Below, one piece after another: positions 37,120 through 50,559 of a DNA stretch of 60,113 bases. Origin of the DNA: Narcine bancroftii (taxonomy: Eukaryota); assembly GCF_036971445.1 (NCBI RefSeq), contig NC_091478.1, positions 30,755,888-30,816,000 of the forward strand. Reading direction: 5' to 3'. Both the position numbers and the translations under genes were made by a program. The stretch's first letter is position 1, and each line of letters starts with the position of its first letter. The notes beneath the pieces were generated by a model. The model had not been told where the DNA came from. It made no database searches and saw nothing but the letters and a program-made list of their open reading frames with translations.

Positions 37120-38010
37120 GCTGTAAAGTGGACAGTAAAGAAGGTTAACTAAGATTACAAAAGGATCGATATGAACTTGGAAAATGGGCCAATGAAGTTA
37201 ACTCGGTCAAGTGTGAGGCGTTGAACTTTGAGTTAAACCAGGGCAGGACTTACACAATGAATGGTGAGGTCCTGCTGAGTGTTATAGAACAGAGACATAA
37301 TTCTATGAAAGTATCAATGCAGATAGACAGGATGGTGAAGAAGCCTTTTGCATACTTGCCTTCATCAGTAGTGGATACAGGAGCAGGGAAGTCATGTTAG
37401 AACTGTGTGGGACATTGGTGAGGCCATACTTGTATTGAATATTGAAAGCAGGTTTATTCAACCAGCTGCAGGAAAGATATTAAGCTGGAAAGGAGCAGAA
37501 AAGATTCACAAGAATGTGGTGAGGGCTGGTAGCTTGAATTTATAAGGAGAGCCTGGATAGACTGGGTCTTTTCTTCCTGTATCATAGGTGGCTAAGGGGG
37601 AATCTGGGAGAGCTTTACAAAATGATAAGGTAAATCATCAAAGCCTTCTTCCAGGGTAGGAGAATCTAGAGGTGAGAGAGGAAAGGTTTAAGAGGAAGAA
37701 TAGTTTGGGGTGGGGGGGGGGGGTGCAAGGGCAGGCAGAAACAATGGGCCTTCCAGGACAGTGCTGTTGGTGGATATTGGGTAAGGGATAAGGCTATGGA
37801 AGGGATATCCTGATGTGATGAGATTTACAAGGGATCTGCAGGGCATATTCTTCACACAGAGAGTAGTGGATATATTGAATGAGGTGCCAGAGATGTGGTA
37901 CAAGAATAACATTCAAAATACATTTTGACAGGTAATTGAATAGGGAAGTATGGATGGATGTGGGCTGAACACAGGCAAATAGAACTCACTTGGTCAGCAT
38001 GGAGAATTTG
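37120..38010 (+). mobile_element. Decayed CR1-like LINE 3' part
   Basis: LRLQKD, VKKPF..LAFI, LVRPYL, LDRLGLF and FFTQRVV.ILNE motifs. Confidence 0.65.
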
Positions 38011-41000
38011 ACCATATGGATATCGAAGGCATCCTGTAAGGCTAAATCACTGTGTGGTGTGGAATCTGCTCTGCAAGACCACAAGAAACCATGGAGGTTT
38101 GTGAATGTGCCTCAGGCCATCACACATTCCCTCCTCCCTTCACCAACTCCCTCTGCCTCAGAAAAGCATCCAATATATTAAAAACCTCATCTTATCCCAG
38201 TCACACACCCTTCACAACACTCCTGTCAGGAAGAAGATACACAAGCATGAGATTACACACAATCAGACTGAAGGAGAGTTTCTTTCCCACAGTTATCTAA
38301 CTCATAAATAATAAGCATGCTGCCTTTTCTCCATACTAACATGTCTTTCTGTAAATCTGCACATTTGTACTGTGCCTTACTTATTGTACTACGTATGAGA
38401 TGTCCTGCTCACAAAACAACTTCTATTACTGCATCCTGGTACATCCTGACAATAAACCTGGACTGTTTCCATGCTGCAGAACTCCATATCTCTAATGAAT
38501 GATTCACTAAGCTCTCAAAGGACAGACATAGATGATCACCATTGGACAGACAGTATCTTAACCAGTCCAGCCCAATGGATATACTGTAAACCTTCCCTTA
38601 CAGAACTGCATAATTTATATTTCCACATACTTCCCAAACAATTTCTACTATATTTTCAGATAAAGTGACAACTTGGTCCAAAAATCCCAAATACTGAAGC
38701 CTGATCCAAAAGTGTTAGGTAATAGATTAGAATTTTACCTTGTTTCCCCATAACCTTATATAGAAACTCCTGAAAAACAAAGTCAGTTATTGTTTTATAT
38801 CAAAATGTGGCTTTTGTTGCCAGGGATCACTGTTACTGTTTACCCTCCACAAATCTCTCCCAAGCTTCATCTAACCACTTCAGCACGTCCTTTCTCTATC
38901 ATTTGTTTATCCGGCTTCCTCTTAAAAGCATCTGTGTGCTTCTGGTCTCAACGAGTTCCACATTTTAACCACTCTCTTGCCACAATTATTTCTAGTGAGT
39001 TCTTCATAAGATTTTCCTTTACCTCCATAATGCTCGAGTTTAGAGCATAACCTGCAGGAACCTGCGACAATACATGATTTGGCATATGAAATACCTGATC
39101 TCTCTTTCAAACCTGTTCTGAATGTACCTTCCTCCAACCCAAACAATGCAATGAAAAAAAAACAAATGGATCCAAGACTTCAGGAAATGAAAACCTCTGT
39201 CACAGGAGGCAGCTGTTGATGTTTGTGTTTGGTTTTATTGTGCACTTTTAATTTCTGAATTTTAAAACTCAAGGCATGGGGGAAGAAGGAACCTTTAGGG
39301 AGGTTGATGGGGAGGGGCAGGAATGTGAAACGAGCCATGATGAAATTATATACAAAGTGCAAATTTAAATATAAACATATTTTTGAATCTTTTCAATCTT
39401 TGAATTGAAGTGAAGAATAACATGGGAGAAATTGCAGCACATCAAAGCAAATCTGGGAATGTGCATTATCTGGTGTCTTTTGTCAAATATTCAGTCACAT
39501 TTATTTCATGAAATCTCAAATTAATTGTAATTTGTTTAAGAAAACAATGTTTCTAGAAATATTTGAATTTGCATGCTGGGCGAGGGGTTAGGAATCCACA
39601 TTTCAAATAGAAACCAGGAACGTAAAAAGGCTGAATCTCATGTGAAATGAGAAACTGCCCCAGAAGATGATGTTGCTGAGAATCTTTGCTGCTTGCCATG
39701 AGAATGGGAAGGAGGAGTAGTGAGAGCTGTAGAAACTAAAGGTGAATGCATTTCGACAGAGGTTAATCGGGTAACCATTGAGATGGGAGGTCAGGTTGGT
39801 AACTGAGCAGAGAGTATTGGATAGGTATTTGTGATTTCAAATCATCAGATCAAAGGCCCATGGCATCTCAGTGATCATGGGGTTCAATGGTGATAATAGC
39901 AGAGCAGTAATTGGTCATCAGTGAGAGATAATAGGCCTGAAGGAGATTGTTCATCGGGGAGTGTCAGTGACAAGTGATCATGGACAGTATTAGTGTACAG
40001 AAGATGTTCACCTTGATAGGGATGAGTGATTTGGGCATGTCACTGATCACTGTGGGGTGGGGGGGAGGTGTTGCTGGTGGAATTACGTTGACTGTTATCA
40101 ATATAGTAGCAATGATCAGAGGGGAGGAAAGGGTTGGTATTTGCAAGAAGACTTTATTTTGGGGGAGGTTTAATTTGCAGGCATAAAAATGGACTTGTCT
40201 AGCGCTGCAGGAGGAAGTAAATGACATTTTATGATGTATGAAGAGCATTTTATTAGAAGAATACAAATGTAAATTGAACTTATTTAGATGCAATACGTAT
40301 TACATGTACTAACTGTAAAAAGCTACAGAATTCTCGTTGGGTTGTGTCGATGACACTAAAATATACTGATGTGTAACCGTACAGTTTATATGGAATAAGG
40401 GGGGAAAACTAGCAAGCAAGTGTTACACAGCTTCTCAATTTGTCTGATCGTATCCTAGACTGAATGTAATAATATTGACAAAAGGTACTATATTCACCAC
40501 ATTAATTTCTTACGTTGCATCAGGTTAAGTTCATTTCACATGCACAAACTTTTCCAAATAATGAATATCTATCCTGATCAATATCACTCATTACCAGAGC
40601 AAATGGAATTACAAACAGAAAATACTTGGTATAACAGGCAGGAACTGTGGACAGAAGATATCCAGATTTATAATTTTTGGTCTGGTTGCAGTTTTGTTGA
40701 TAGGTCATTAATCTGACATTTTTTTGGGGGGGGGCCTGTCCTGCTGAGTATTTCCAGTAATTTTTTTAAACAAATTTTATTTCAGATTTCTAGCATCTGC
40801 ATTATTATTCTATTTTATGGAGGTGGAATCTCATTTAAAGTCCCATGATTCAACCAAGACTATTCTTGTATGTTGCTCCAACATAATTACTTCCCATAAT
40901 TATTTATCTTCTGATGGATAATTTCACATACTCCAAAGAGATATACCAAGTATCGTGAATCTTCATTAGTGTCAGCAATATGACAGTAGTAATTGCAAGT

Positions 41001-44000
41001 CTATCTGGACAATTAATCTGTTCTTAAAATTCAATTTGAAGGCAATTCTCTGCCTCATGATGTAAACAAAGTATTTTATTCATATTGAGATATTAGAGAT
41101 TTGTACTGCTGCAGGAATAGTTACGGTAAGAACATGATAGACCAGACTGTGATTGTAGTTAGAACATAGATTAATACAGCACACTACAGGCCCTTCGGCC
41201 CTCGATGTTGTGCCGACAATTCAATTCAAATAGTTCTATTTGATTGGTGTACCAAGGAGAATTGGATTGAAGGGACATTGTCTTAAAACATATACTATCA
41301 TCAAATTAAAAATGCCTTACTGAGTCATAGTGTCAAGAAGAGACACAACATAAAAATAAGCCCTTGAGCCCAATGAGTCCAAGCCAATCACGAACCAACC
41401 CATTTGCACTAATCCTACCCAAACACATTTTATTCTCCCGCATTCTCATCTACTTCCTCCAAATGCCACCATTCATCTAAACACTAGGAGTCGTTTACAT
41501 TGGCCATTTAATCTACTAGTATGCAGTATATGTCCAAGGATGCACTGCTTTAAAACAGCCATTCAAGACACCAGATTTTTTCAATGAAATGGGCTTTGTT
41601 GAGAAATCCCTAAGATATTGACTGGACAGGACAGTTCCTTCCTGTTGGGAAGCTCTGGATTTCTGCACATGAATGAGGACCGAAGTCCAAAGCTGGCTAA
41701 CATATTCAGCATCAAATCTGGAAGTGGATGGAAAATTGCTGCATTTGCCCAGCACTTGTGCTGGGAAATCTGTTCAATTATACCAGATCAGCCTTATGAC
41801 AAGAAGCTCAGTGAGGCAGCAAAGGTTAAGGTAAATATTAGTTATTAATAGAGTACAGTATATTTAAATCTTGTGTATTTTTTCTCAAAAATAGGTAAAT
41901 ATTTTGATTAATTTCCAATATCTCAAAACTTGGTTCAACTTTCCAAATGCTGAAAATCAAAACATTCACTGTCATTGATAACTTTGACAGTTAGATAAAC
42001 TGGTGGCGCATCTGAATTAGATCTCAAAGGGCCTCTACACAGAGAATGATATCATTCTGGTCCAGAAGGTTCTCATGCAAGCATGTCACTGACTTCTAAC
42101 TCCAGTGTGATAAAAAGGTACAAAATGTAATCAAATTGAACATGAATATTGGTTCACTTTCCAGCTGGGAATTTTCAATTACTACAGATTTGATAGCAGG
42201 GATGTTAAAAATATTCTACTGGGGCTTTGTGGGGTGACACAGGGAAAATCAGTGCAACTGTTGAGAAACAAAAAAGTTGTGGATTGAGTTTTGGAGGAAC
42301 TGGTGTGGGGGTGAGGGTGCAGAGGAACAATGGGAGAAACACTGGAGTAGACTAATTTTGGGAGATAGTGAGGGTTAAATTGTTTATCCTTCAAAAACAC
42401 GTGGCAAGGAAAAGCAATAAATGTCAATGCCAGAACGCTGTGCAAATGATCTCACGTGCAGTCAAGGCCAGCAAATGCATCTATAAATGCAATATTCTAC
42501 TACCTGCACCACAAAGCTCTCTCAGTAAGTAATTCATTCACCTCAACAACATTTAAATCAACCAAGATTCACATCTAACATTCATACTTTTAAATCAGCC
42601 ACTTGAGACTCTTACATTCAACAAAGTCGGTATCCTTATACCCACATCTCAAAAAGCAGACACCATGATAATTAACAGCAGGGAATATAATACTGCTCTT
42701 AGTTTCATTTCCCATGGAGATGGCAGTCCTGGTCATTGCTGAGTCGCTATCAGAAGACATTTATGATGAGTCTAACAGCATGCTTAATTTTTTTGTTCTT
42801 TCTGTAACTTGCTTCAAGCCTCAGGTCACCAGCATAAAAATACTTCAACAGCAGCCAGAACATGACCTGAATTCAACAGAAACTTTGCACATATGGAATA
42901 ACATTCTAAATGTGTAGAATCACAGCATGAACCAGAGAGGTAATGCAGCAACTAGCAAATAAATAACTTATGATGTCTCCAGACAAAACTGCTAGGGGTT
43001 CTTTGTGCCTTCAAATGCACATTCAGCTCTGTAAGATTAAAAGACTGGAGAGCTGCAAATGACTGTGCTACAGGATGATTAATGTCACAGTCTGACTACC
43101 TCATATTTTGCAAACCATTTAACTAATGCGGCATTCACCACTCTTTCCATTGGAAATATGGTAAAAGTTTTCACTGCACAGCTATTCTGGAGACAAAGTA
43201 CCATCTTCATAGTGAGGATCCCTCCACCATGTTGTGTGCTCTATGACGCTAAATGTGATAGACTTATTGGACCATTGGCAGAGCAGAGATGCATACCAAC
43301 ACAATGTTAACCTTGTAGCCTAGTAAATGACTCATTCATTAGTACCATCACACCAGAGAACTGATCAGTTTTCCATGAAGAGAGACTAAACGGAACAGTA
43401 AAGATTATCACAGGATAATATGACTGCTAAACAATAAAGCACCATGTAATAGACAGACCCAAGAGGTATCACAATCAATGCATCAGATCAATACTCTGCA
43501 ATCCTGCCAAATTGACTTGCGAATGGCAGTGGACAATTAAGAAGCTTGCAGGAGAGAATGGTTCCAGGAACATCCCTGTTGTTGATAATATTGAGCCTCA
43601 GCATGTCAGTGCTATAGGCAAAGCTAAAACATTCATGAGCATGTTCAGTCAGATGCATTGAATCGATAATCTATTTCATCTTCCTCCTGAGATCCTCTGA
43701 GATGTGGGCTTTCACTCAGTTCACCCCACGTGATGACAGGAAATGGTGAGAATGCTAGATGCAGCGAAGACAACAGACAAATAAAATTTCATATGCACCT
43801 GAGGACTAGCCGTACATCTAGCCTGGCCCCTTTCTTACCATCTGACAGTCCTGACAAGTGTCAAAGAGTTTGGGGCACTCAAGGGTTGGAGATTTGATTA
43901 TTGTGAAAAAAATTAAATAAATTATATGGTTATATGGTTAACACAAACCAATTTCATCCACCGTGGGGATCTCAATGCGAAAATAACAAAGAATTCTATC

Positions 44001-44668
44001 CACTCTTCATCCAAATTTATTTTGTTTTTTCTGATTTGTATGCATGTAATATGATTTTCAAGGTTAACCTTTAATTGATTACAATATGGGATTGGTGTTT
44101 TAAATTCAAGTGAAATTTCTTGGTTACAGTTTATGAACTGTTAGCTATATAGCAAACTACAATAAAACCCATTATCTGGAGCTCAAGCAACTAGCAAAAA
44201 AAAAATCGCAGAAAATGAATAGGTAAAAAAATATGGCTTTGAAATTGGCGTACCTCGCCGTTAGTTCACCAATTACACACACACAATCTCAAGCAACTGT
44301 AAAGTTCACTTATCCTGCATCTAACAATCCCCATAGGTGCTGGATACCAGGGATTTTATTGTTTTACTGTGAAAACCTGCCCTGGTATGCCCTTTTAATA
44401 AAAGACATACCAAATACAGCTAATTACTGCTCCATCAGTCCCTCAAACATTAATAAAATGATGGCAGCACTTACTCAATAATAATCTGTTTTTCAATGCC
44501 CAGTTGGGATTTTGCCAAGAATAACCAGCTCTGGGGCTCATCATAATCATGGCAAAAACAGGGACCAAAGGGCTGAATTCCATACATCAGGTGAGATTGA
44601 CTGCCCTTAGTGTTTGACAGAACGTGGCATGAAGTCCTGCTAAAACTGATTTCAATTGGCCTCAAAGG

Positions 44669-45483
44669 TTTTAACCCAAGTAGTGAAAAGTGGTCCAAAT
44701 TGAAATTTCTCTAAAACTTTAAATAAAAATTTCCACTCAACTCTATCAAAAGTCTTTTCCTCATCCATCGCCACTATCATTGGTTGATTATCTTTTTGTC
44801 TAGCAGCATTAATTATAGAAATTCAACTTAGTAACATTATCAACTGAATAACGACCTTTTATAAATCCAGCCTGATCAATATGTACTAATTTTGGTAAAT
44901 AATTAGCCAATCTATTCGCCAATACTTTGGCAATAATTTTATAATCTACATTTAATAATGATATTGGTTGATAAGAAGACACTTTTAATGGATCTCTATC
45001 TTTCTTTGGAATAACGGTAATCAATGCCCTCGAAAATGGTTCTGGAAATGAACCCATCTCAGTTGCCTGTTTCAATACATCCATATAAACCAGAAACAAC
45101 AAATCAACGAAATGCAATCGTGTTTATATTTGGAAAAAATAACATAATTTGCAAAATAATTACTCTTTTTTTTGTTTAAATGTGGGGTTTATCATTGGAT
45201 CGCATGGCTACTGACCTTAAGTAAAAGTTATGTAAAGAGTTGGCACACTGATTATTTGATTTTAAATGAATAATTTTTGGTAAGGCTCTGAGGGGTGCGG
45301 GAGAGAGTTAGGATAGTGTAGTTGGTGGAGGGAGGATGGGGGGCAGGGGTGGGTGATGGGGGGATACTTATATTCTTTCTTTATATTTTGTCCTTTTTTT
45401 CTTATTTCTTCTTTGTATCTGTATTTTTATATTTTCTCTTTTCGTAATATTTAAAAATTTTTAAATAAAATTTTGAAAAAAAT
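44669..45483 (+). mobile_element. L1-like insertion with 5' inversion, large internal deletion and 15-bp TSD
   Basis: AATTGGCCTCAAAGG at 44654-44668 and 45484-45498. About 44669-45100 is RT N-terminal sequence on the minus strand (ALITVIPKKDRDP..SYQPISLLNVDYKIIAKVLANRL). About 45105-45483 is the ORF2 end and 3' UTR on the plus strand with AATAAA and an A tail. Confidence 0.9.
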
Positions 45484-45809
45484 AATTGGCCTCAAAGGGA
45501 AAACACTCATTTGGCTGAATGCATATCATACAGAAAGGAAAAAGACAATGATTATAATTTAATACCTCAAAGTGCTGGAAAAACACAGCAGGTCATGCAG
45601 TATTATATAGCAAAGATACATAACCAACACTTTGCTCCTGAGCTCTTCATGAAGGTATGAGCAGACAGGCACCTGAATAAAATGGTGAGGGGAGGGACAG
45701 GGAAAGGGAACAGGCCCACAGGCATGAGGCCATAGGTGGATATGGGTGGGAGGACCAAAGAGAAAAATGGGAAATGATAGGGGGAGGTTGGTAGCAAATC
45801 CTTGTCTTA

Positions 45810-46130
45810 TCACACTTAGCATTGCTGCACCTCAGGATGGTGTGCACAGCCCAATACTGTTCATGTTGATGATTCACGACTGCACTGGCAGATGTAATTC
45901 TAATAGAATTATCAAGTTTGTGGATGATACAACAGTAGTTGGCCTCATCTCCAAAAATAAGGAGTTGGCTTATAGCGAGCAGGTTGAGTGGCTCATAAAA
46001 TGGGGTGAGAACAACAACATGGGCAAGACAGAAGAGAAGATTATGGAATTCAGGCAGATGAAGATTGACCATTCTCTATTACACACCAATGTTCCATCGT
46101 GGTAAGTGGAGAGCACAAAGTTCCTTGGTG
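45810..46130 (+). mobile_element. Rex1/Babar-like RT fragment
   Basis: APQDGVHSPILFMLMIHDC...IIKFVDDTTVVGLI (ORF 45746..46105). Confidence 0.7.
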
Positions 46131-46854
46131 TACATAGTCAAGGCGAATTTTAACATGCAAGTACATTGGAAAATCCAGGTTGGGACTGGATTTCAAGAAA
46201 GAAAATTTGTAGAAAGCCTATGAGATGGCTTTTTAGAGCAGCTTGTTGATGAGTCCACGTGGGGAATGACTGTACTGGATTAGATGTTGTGTAATGCAGC
46301 AGAGGTGATTAGAAGGTAAGTATGTATATTTTGACTCTTTCATGACCTGTAACCCTGTTATAGTTTGTCAAAAACAACAAAAATCTATGATGAAAAAATA
46401 AGTGTGCTTTAAGACTTTGGTACTCCACGCGCACAGGCAAAATTCTGACTTGCGACCATTCTGAGATATGGTCGCTCCTTCGGTCCCAGTTACAGTCTTA
46501 AGTAGGGGACTACCTGTATATGTTAATTTGTGTAAGACCAATAAAAAAAATTAGAGAAAAAAAGTGAAGAAAATCAGAAAGATAGCTGATATCATAAAGA
46601 CTCTAAATCTGCCACAAAAAAAAAACATGAGAAAATTCTTTCTCAGATTAAGCAAGGTTTGGGACATGGAATCTGTTACATCTTTGTCTGGGTGTTTACT
46701 GGCATCGTCCTCTATGTTGCAGCAGTTATTCATGGAGAAATCCTCCACATTGGACTTGTTTACCACCAGGAAACAAAAAACTAAAATTTGTACAAATTTG
46801 CAAATAGATAACCATGTCAGAAATAAGATAAAAAGGTTATTTGATGAGTTTTAC

Positions 46855-46956
46855 CGTGAAAATCTTGTTTTTATTGTCAAGCGTAGATTTCCTCAGACAT
46901 GCATACTGAGGAACAGTTGTCAGGAGTGAAGTTGATGGTAAATCTGATTGAAGCAC
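46855..46956 (-). CDS. DNTT: TdT (DNA nucleotidylexotransferase) coding exon, equivalent to human exon 3 (linker after BRCT into the 8-kDa domain)
   Basis: Minus strand reads ctttttctttccttag|GTG...ACG|gtaaaa. 102 nt, phase 0-0, translating VLQSDLPSTSLLTTVPQYACLRKSTLDNKNKIFT, which matches the TdT motif SQYACQRRTTLNNxNxIFT. Not in the ORF track. Confidence 0.88.
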
Positions 46957-48419
46957 CTAAGGAAAGAAAAAGAGCAGAATTAAATTTAGTGTTCTTCATT
47001 TGAGGGTGTTTAGTTTCTTATTGGTCCCACTGAGTTATGAATTATGATTTTGGCAACAAATAATTGTGGACTTCACAGTAGTCATTTGCTGGGTTAATAA
47101 ATTGCAACATTATTCAAGAGTTAAAGATTCCCTGCAATATATATAATTGTATAATCATAATTTAAGTGCCTCTTTCACTTTATTATTGAGAAGTCATGAA
47201 CCAGAGAATAATTTTGAGATAATGGAGAAGAAATATTTAAAAATAGAATTATATTAAAATAGGCTTTCATCTCTTTCTTTCCTTGTCACATTGCAGCAAA
47301 CTCCCAAGGTCAAGATTGCTTTTGCTCAGTAATATTACATGGAAGACTGACTTTACACTATTAGGAGTGTCCCTGAAATAAAAAGAACATTGGAATGTCA
47401 TCTGGAATCTGGCAGGACCTGGCTCAACATTGCAGTGCATCCATGGACACCTGGAATGTTACTTTGGGATTTTGGGGATCAAGATGGTCTTCTGGGAATA
47501 CTGAAGTCAGATTTAATGAGGTCTGAAAATGTGGCATTTGTAAACAATGACAAAAATGGTTGGAAATTATGAACTGTCCAGGACTGAAAATACTGTTTGA
47601 AAGCATTAGGGGTGCAAAGGTATTTCACCATTGTTGGAACTTTGTAGAATTTGGGGGAGGGGAATGGGAAGATAGTGCCAAACATCTAAGAAAATGATTG
47701 AATAGATATCCCTTTAAATAATAGAGAATGGGTATGAAATGAACTATGTATCTATGATTGTTCATCTTAGCATGTCTTTCAATTGTCAGGAAGCATCTCA
47801 CTGCTATATGGCATTTGCACAATAAAACCTATAAATCTATGTTGTTACGCTGCAGACCAGCAACAATAGAAATTCATCGGCAATGTTATATTTGTCTTTT
47901 AAAACACTATTTTTATTAATAACTACTAATAATATAACACATAAATCAAATCAACCCCAACTATGCGCGAATGTATGTGTGGGTATGGGTGTGGGTGTGG
48001 TGGATACCCAAACCATTATAGCATAGGCACAATTCTGGAAAGTCATTCCAATGTTCAGTCTTAGAAATCCATTGTTGAAATGCAGAGGAGGGACTGAGTG
48101 ACCAGACTGCCCAAAACTCACAAATCCTTGTTGAGTTTCTTCCAGAGAAATTATCCTTTCATGTGAACAGTTGTCACATCTCCCCTTTTCCTTGTATAGA
48201 GGAAACAAAATGAGTGACTTCTTTCTTTTAAAAAATATTTTAATTGAATTTAATGAAAACCTTTACACTTAATAATCTAGTAAATGTCATAAACTATATC
48301 ATATACATAACATACATAAATTGTAAATCAAAAACATTTGACACTTCCATGATGTGTCCAAAACCCAGATCCAGGTCAATCAAAATGACCTTTCCTTTGA
48401 CCAAAGATAGTGGCAGCAC

Positions 48420-48733
48420 TAGGAGCGAGGGGTAATGCCAGCATTGATCAGGGAGTGGGTGGTGGTGGTGGCACACTGAGCAGGGAGATGACACCAGTAC
48501 AACATGGTGGCCACCAAGACCAGCTTGTGAGGACACCTTGTTGCCATTTATTTTGCTCACTGCTGCCACCCTGAGTCTGGCCATAAAATTATTGCACTGC
48601 CTTCTTCTTTAAACTTTGCAGCAGACTGAATAATAACAAGACTGAAGGTTCAGAATGCCTACTTTTCCCTTACCGCCCCCTTGGATCCTTCCACTGCCCA
48701 CAGGGGGATGGCAGTGCCCACTTTGAGAATCAC
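48420..48733. mobile_element. hAT-like MITE fragment, same family as 4092-4885 in opposite orientation
   Basis: 48540-48650 is the reverse complement of 4225-4330; end CCCACTTTGAGAATCACT. Confidence 0.7.
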
Positions 48734-50204
48734 TTCACTAAATGAAATGGGAACTTGTAATAATGTTTATAGATATAAAAAACTAATGTTTCAGCAAATA
48801 AACTTGAACAAACATATTTCATGCATTCATGCTGCATTACAACACTGAATGAGACCATTCAAGCCATCAAATCCATGACAGCTCTCCAACCAATCCTATC
48901 AATTCCCTTCTCCCACTTTTTTCCCTCATTCTATTTTCTCTCACATTCCCATTAACATTGTTCTGATTTTTCTGCCACAAATCAGCTCTAGGGGTAATTT
49001 TTAAAATTTTTTTTATTCATTCAGGAATGTGGGCTTCGCAGGATGACAGCATTTAATTAACTATCTCAATAATGAGTTCATATCAGAAGCAGTGACTGAC
49101 CAATTCTCTCCAATAGATGGAGCCTGACCCACAAGTCCTTCCTGCCAATTAATTTGCTCAAGATTTCAGCATCTGCAATATGTGCATTTCTAGATTAATT
49201 GCTTATCCCTAATTGATCTTGAGTAGATGGTGGTAAATCACTGCAGTCATTGAGGTGTGTGTATAAACCCACAAGGCAGCAAGAGAGGAATTTCTAACAT
49301 TTTGACTCAACAACGGTGAAGGAATGGCAATACATTCCCATCGATGGTTCATGGCTTGGAGGACAACTTCAAGGTTCCCATGCTTTTACTGCCCTTGTCC
49401 TTCCAGCTGGAAGACATCATGAGTCCAGAAGGTACTGTCCAAGGACTCTTGGACACTGCAGTAAGTTGCTGCAGTGCATCTTGAAGATGGCACAAAATGG
49501 CTCAGAGGTGGAAAGGACAGGATGCTTATAAGCAGGCTGTTTCATTTTGTTCAGCCTCAAACTTCCTGAATGTTGTTGAGGGCAATGGACAGGCATTGGG
49601 GAGTTAGGACCTGAACTCCTTGCCACAGGATTCCTAGCCTTGGAGCTGCTTTCATAGCCTCATTTTGGAGAGAGCTACTCTAATTCAGTTTCTGGTCAAT
49701 GATAACACCAGGATATTGACAGTGGGTGATTTAGTCATGGTAATGCCAGGCCTGAGTATTGGCCAGGTCTTGCTGCATTTGGTTGATTGAGATGATTAAC
49801 CTTCAATTACCAGAAACACCTTCTGTTGGGCTTGGTATGACTCCAGCTTAGACAGTGCTTGATCAAACACTACATTGATGTACTTTCACTTCTTCTCTAG
49901 AGTGCAGATCTTTTTTCCAAGTTTGGATCAAAGCTGCTTTGAGAACATGAGCTGGGTTACTTTGGCAGAATCCAAGCTGAGCTTCTGCGAGCAGGTTGTT
50001 GCTGAGCAAGTGCTGCTTGATTGATTAGGTGATGATCAAGAGTGGACTCATGTGGCAGTAACTGGCCCAGTTGGATTTCTCCTGACACACTTTGGAAATT
50101 TTCTATTGTTGCCAGTGTTGTAGCTGCACTGGAACAGCTTAGCCAAGGATGGAGCAAATTCTGAACCACCTCTTCAGTATTATTGCTGGAATGTTGTCAA
50201 GGCA

Positions 50205-50400
50205 GGGTGGAGTATAGCGTCAGTGACCTGGATTCAAAGCTGGCGCTGTATTTAAGAAGTTTGTATATTCTCCAGTGTCTGCATGGGTTTCCTCCAGGTG
50301 CTCTGGTTTCCTCTAAAACCTATAAAGGTTGTAGGATAATTAGGGTATTTGGGCAGCACGGTCAGACTGGCCTGATATTCTGCTCTACGTCTAAATAAAA
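50205..50400 (+). mobile_element. tRNA-derived SINE (degenerate)
   Basis: Core agtttgtatattctcc..gcatgggtttcctccaggtgctctggtttcct shared with the other SINEs. Confidence 0.65.
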
Positions 50401-50559
50401 CAACGTAACCAATGCCACTACACTAATCTAACCATTGTCAGGCTCATTCAGGAACCTGATAACTGCAGGAAGTAAACGTCCATGTGGGATGGATGTTGTA
50501 CCCTGCTACGCAAAGGACACTCTCTCCCTTTGCTACTCTCAGTGTTTCTTCCAAGTGGA

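Noticed and set aside
47845-48215. Possible solo LTR fragment starting TGTTACG
   Set aside because: No partner LTR, TSD, PBS or PPT could be established from the sequence.
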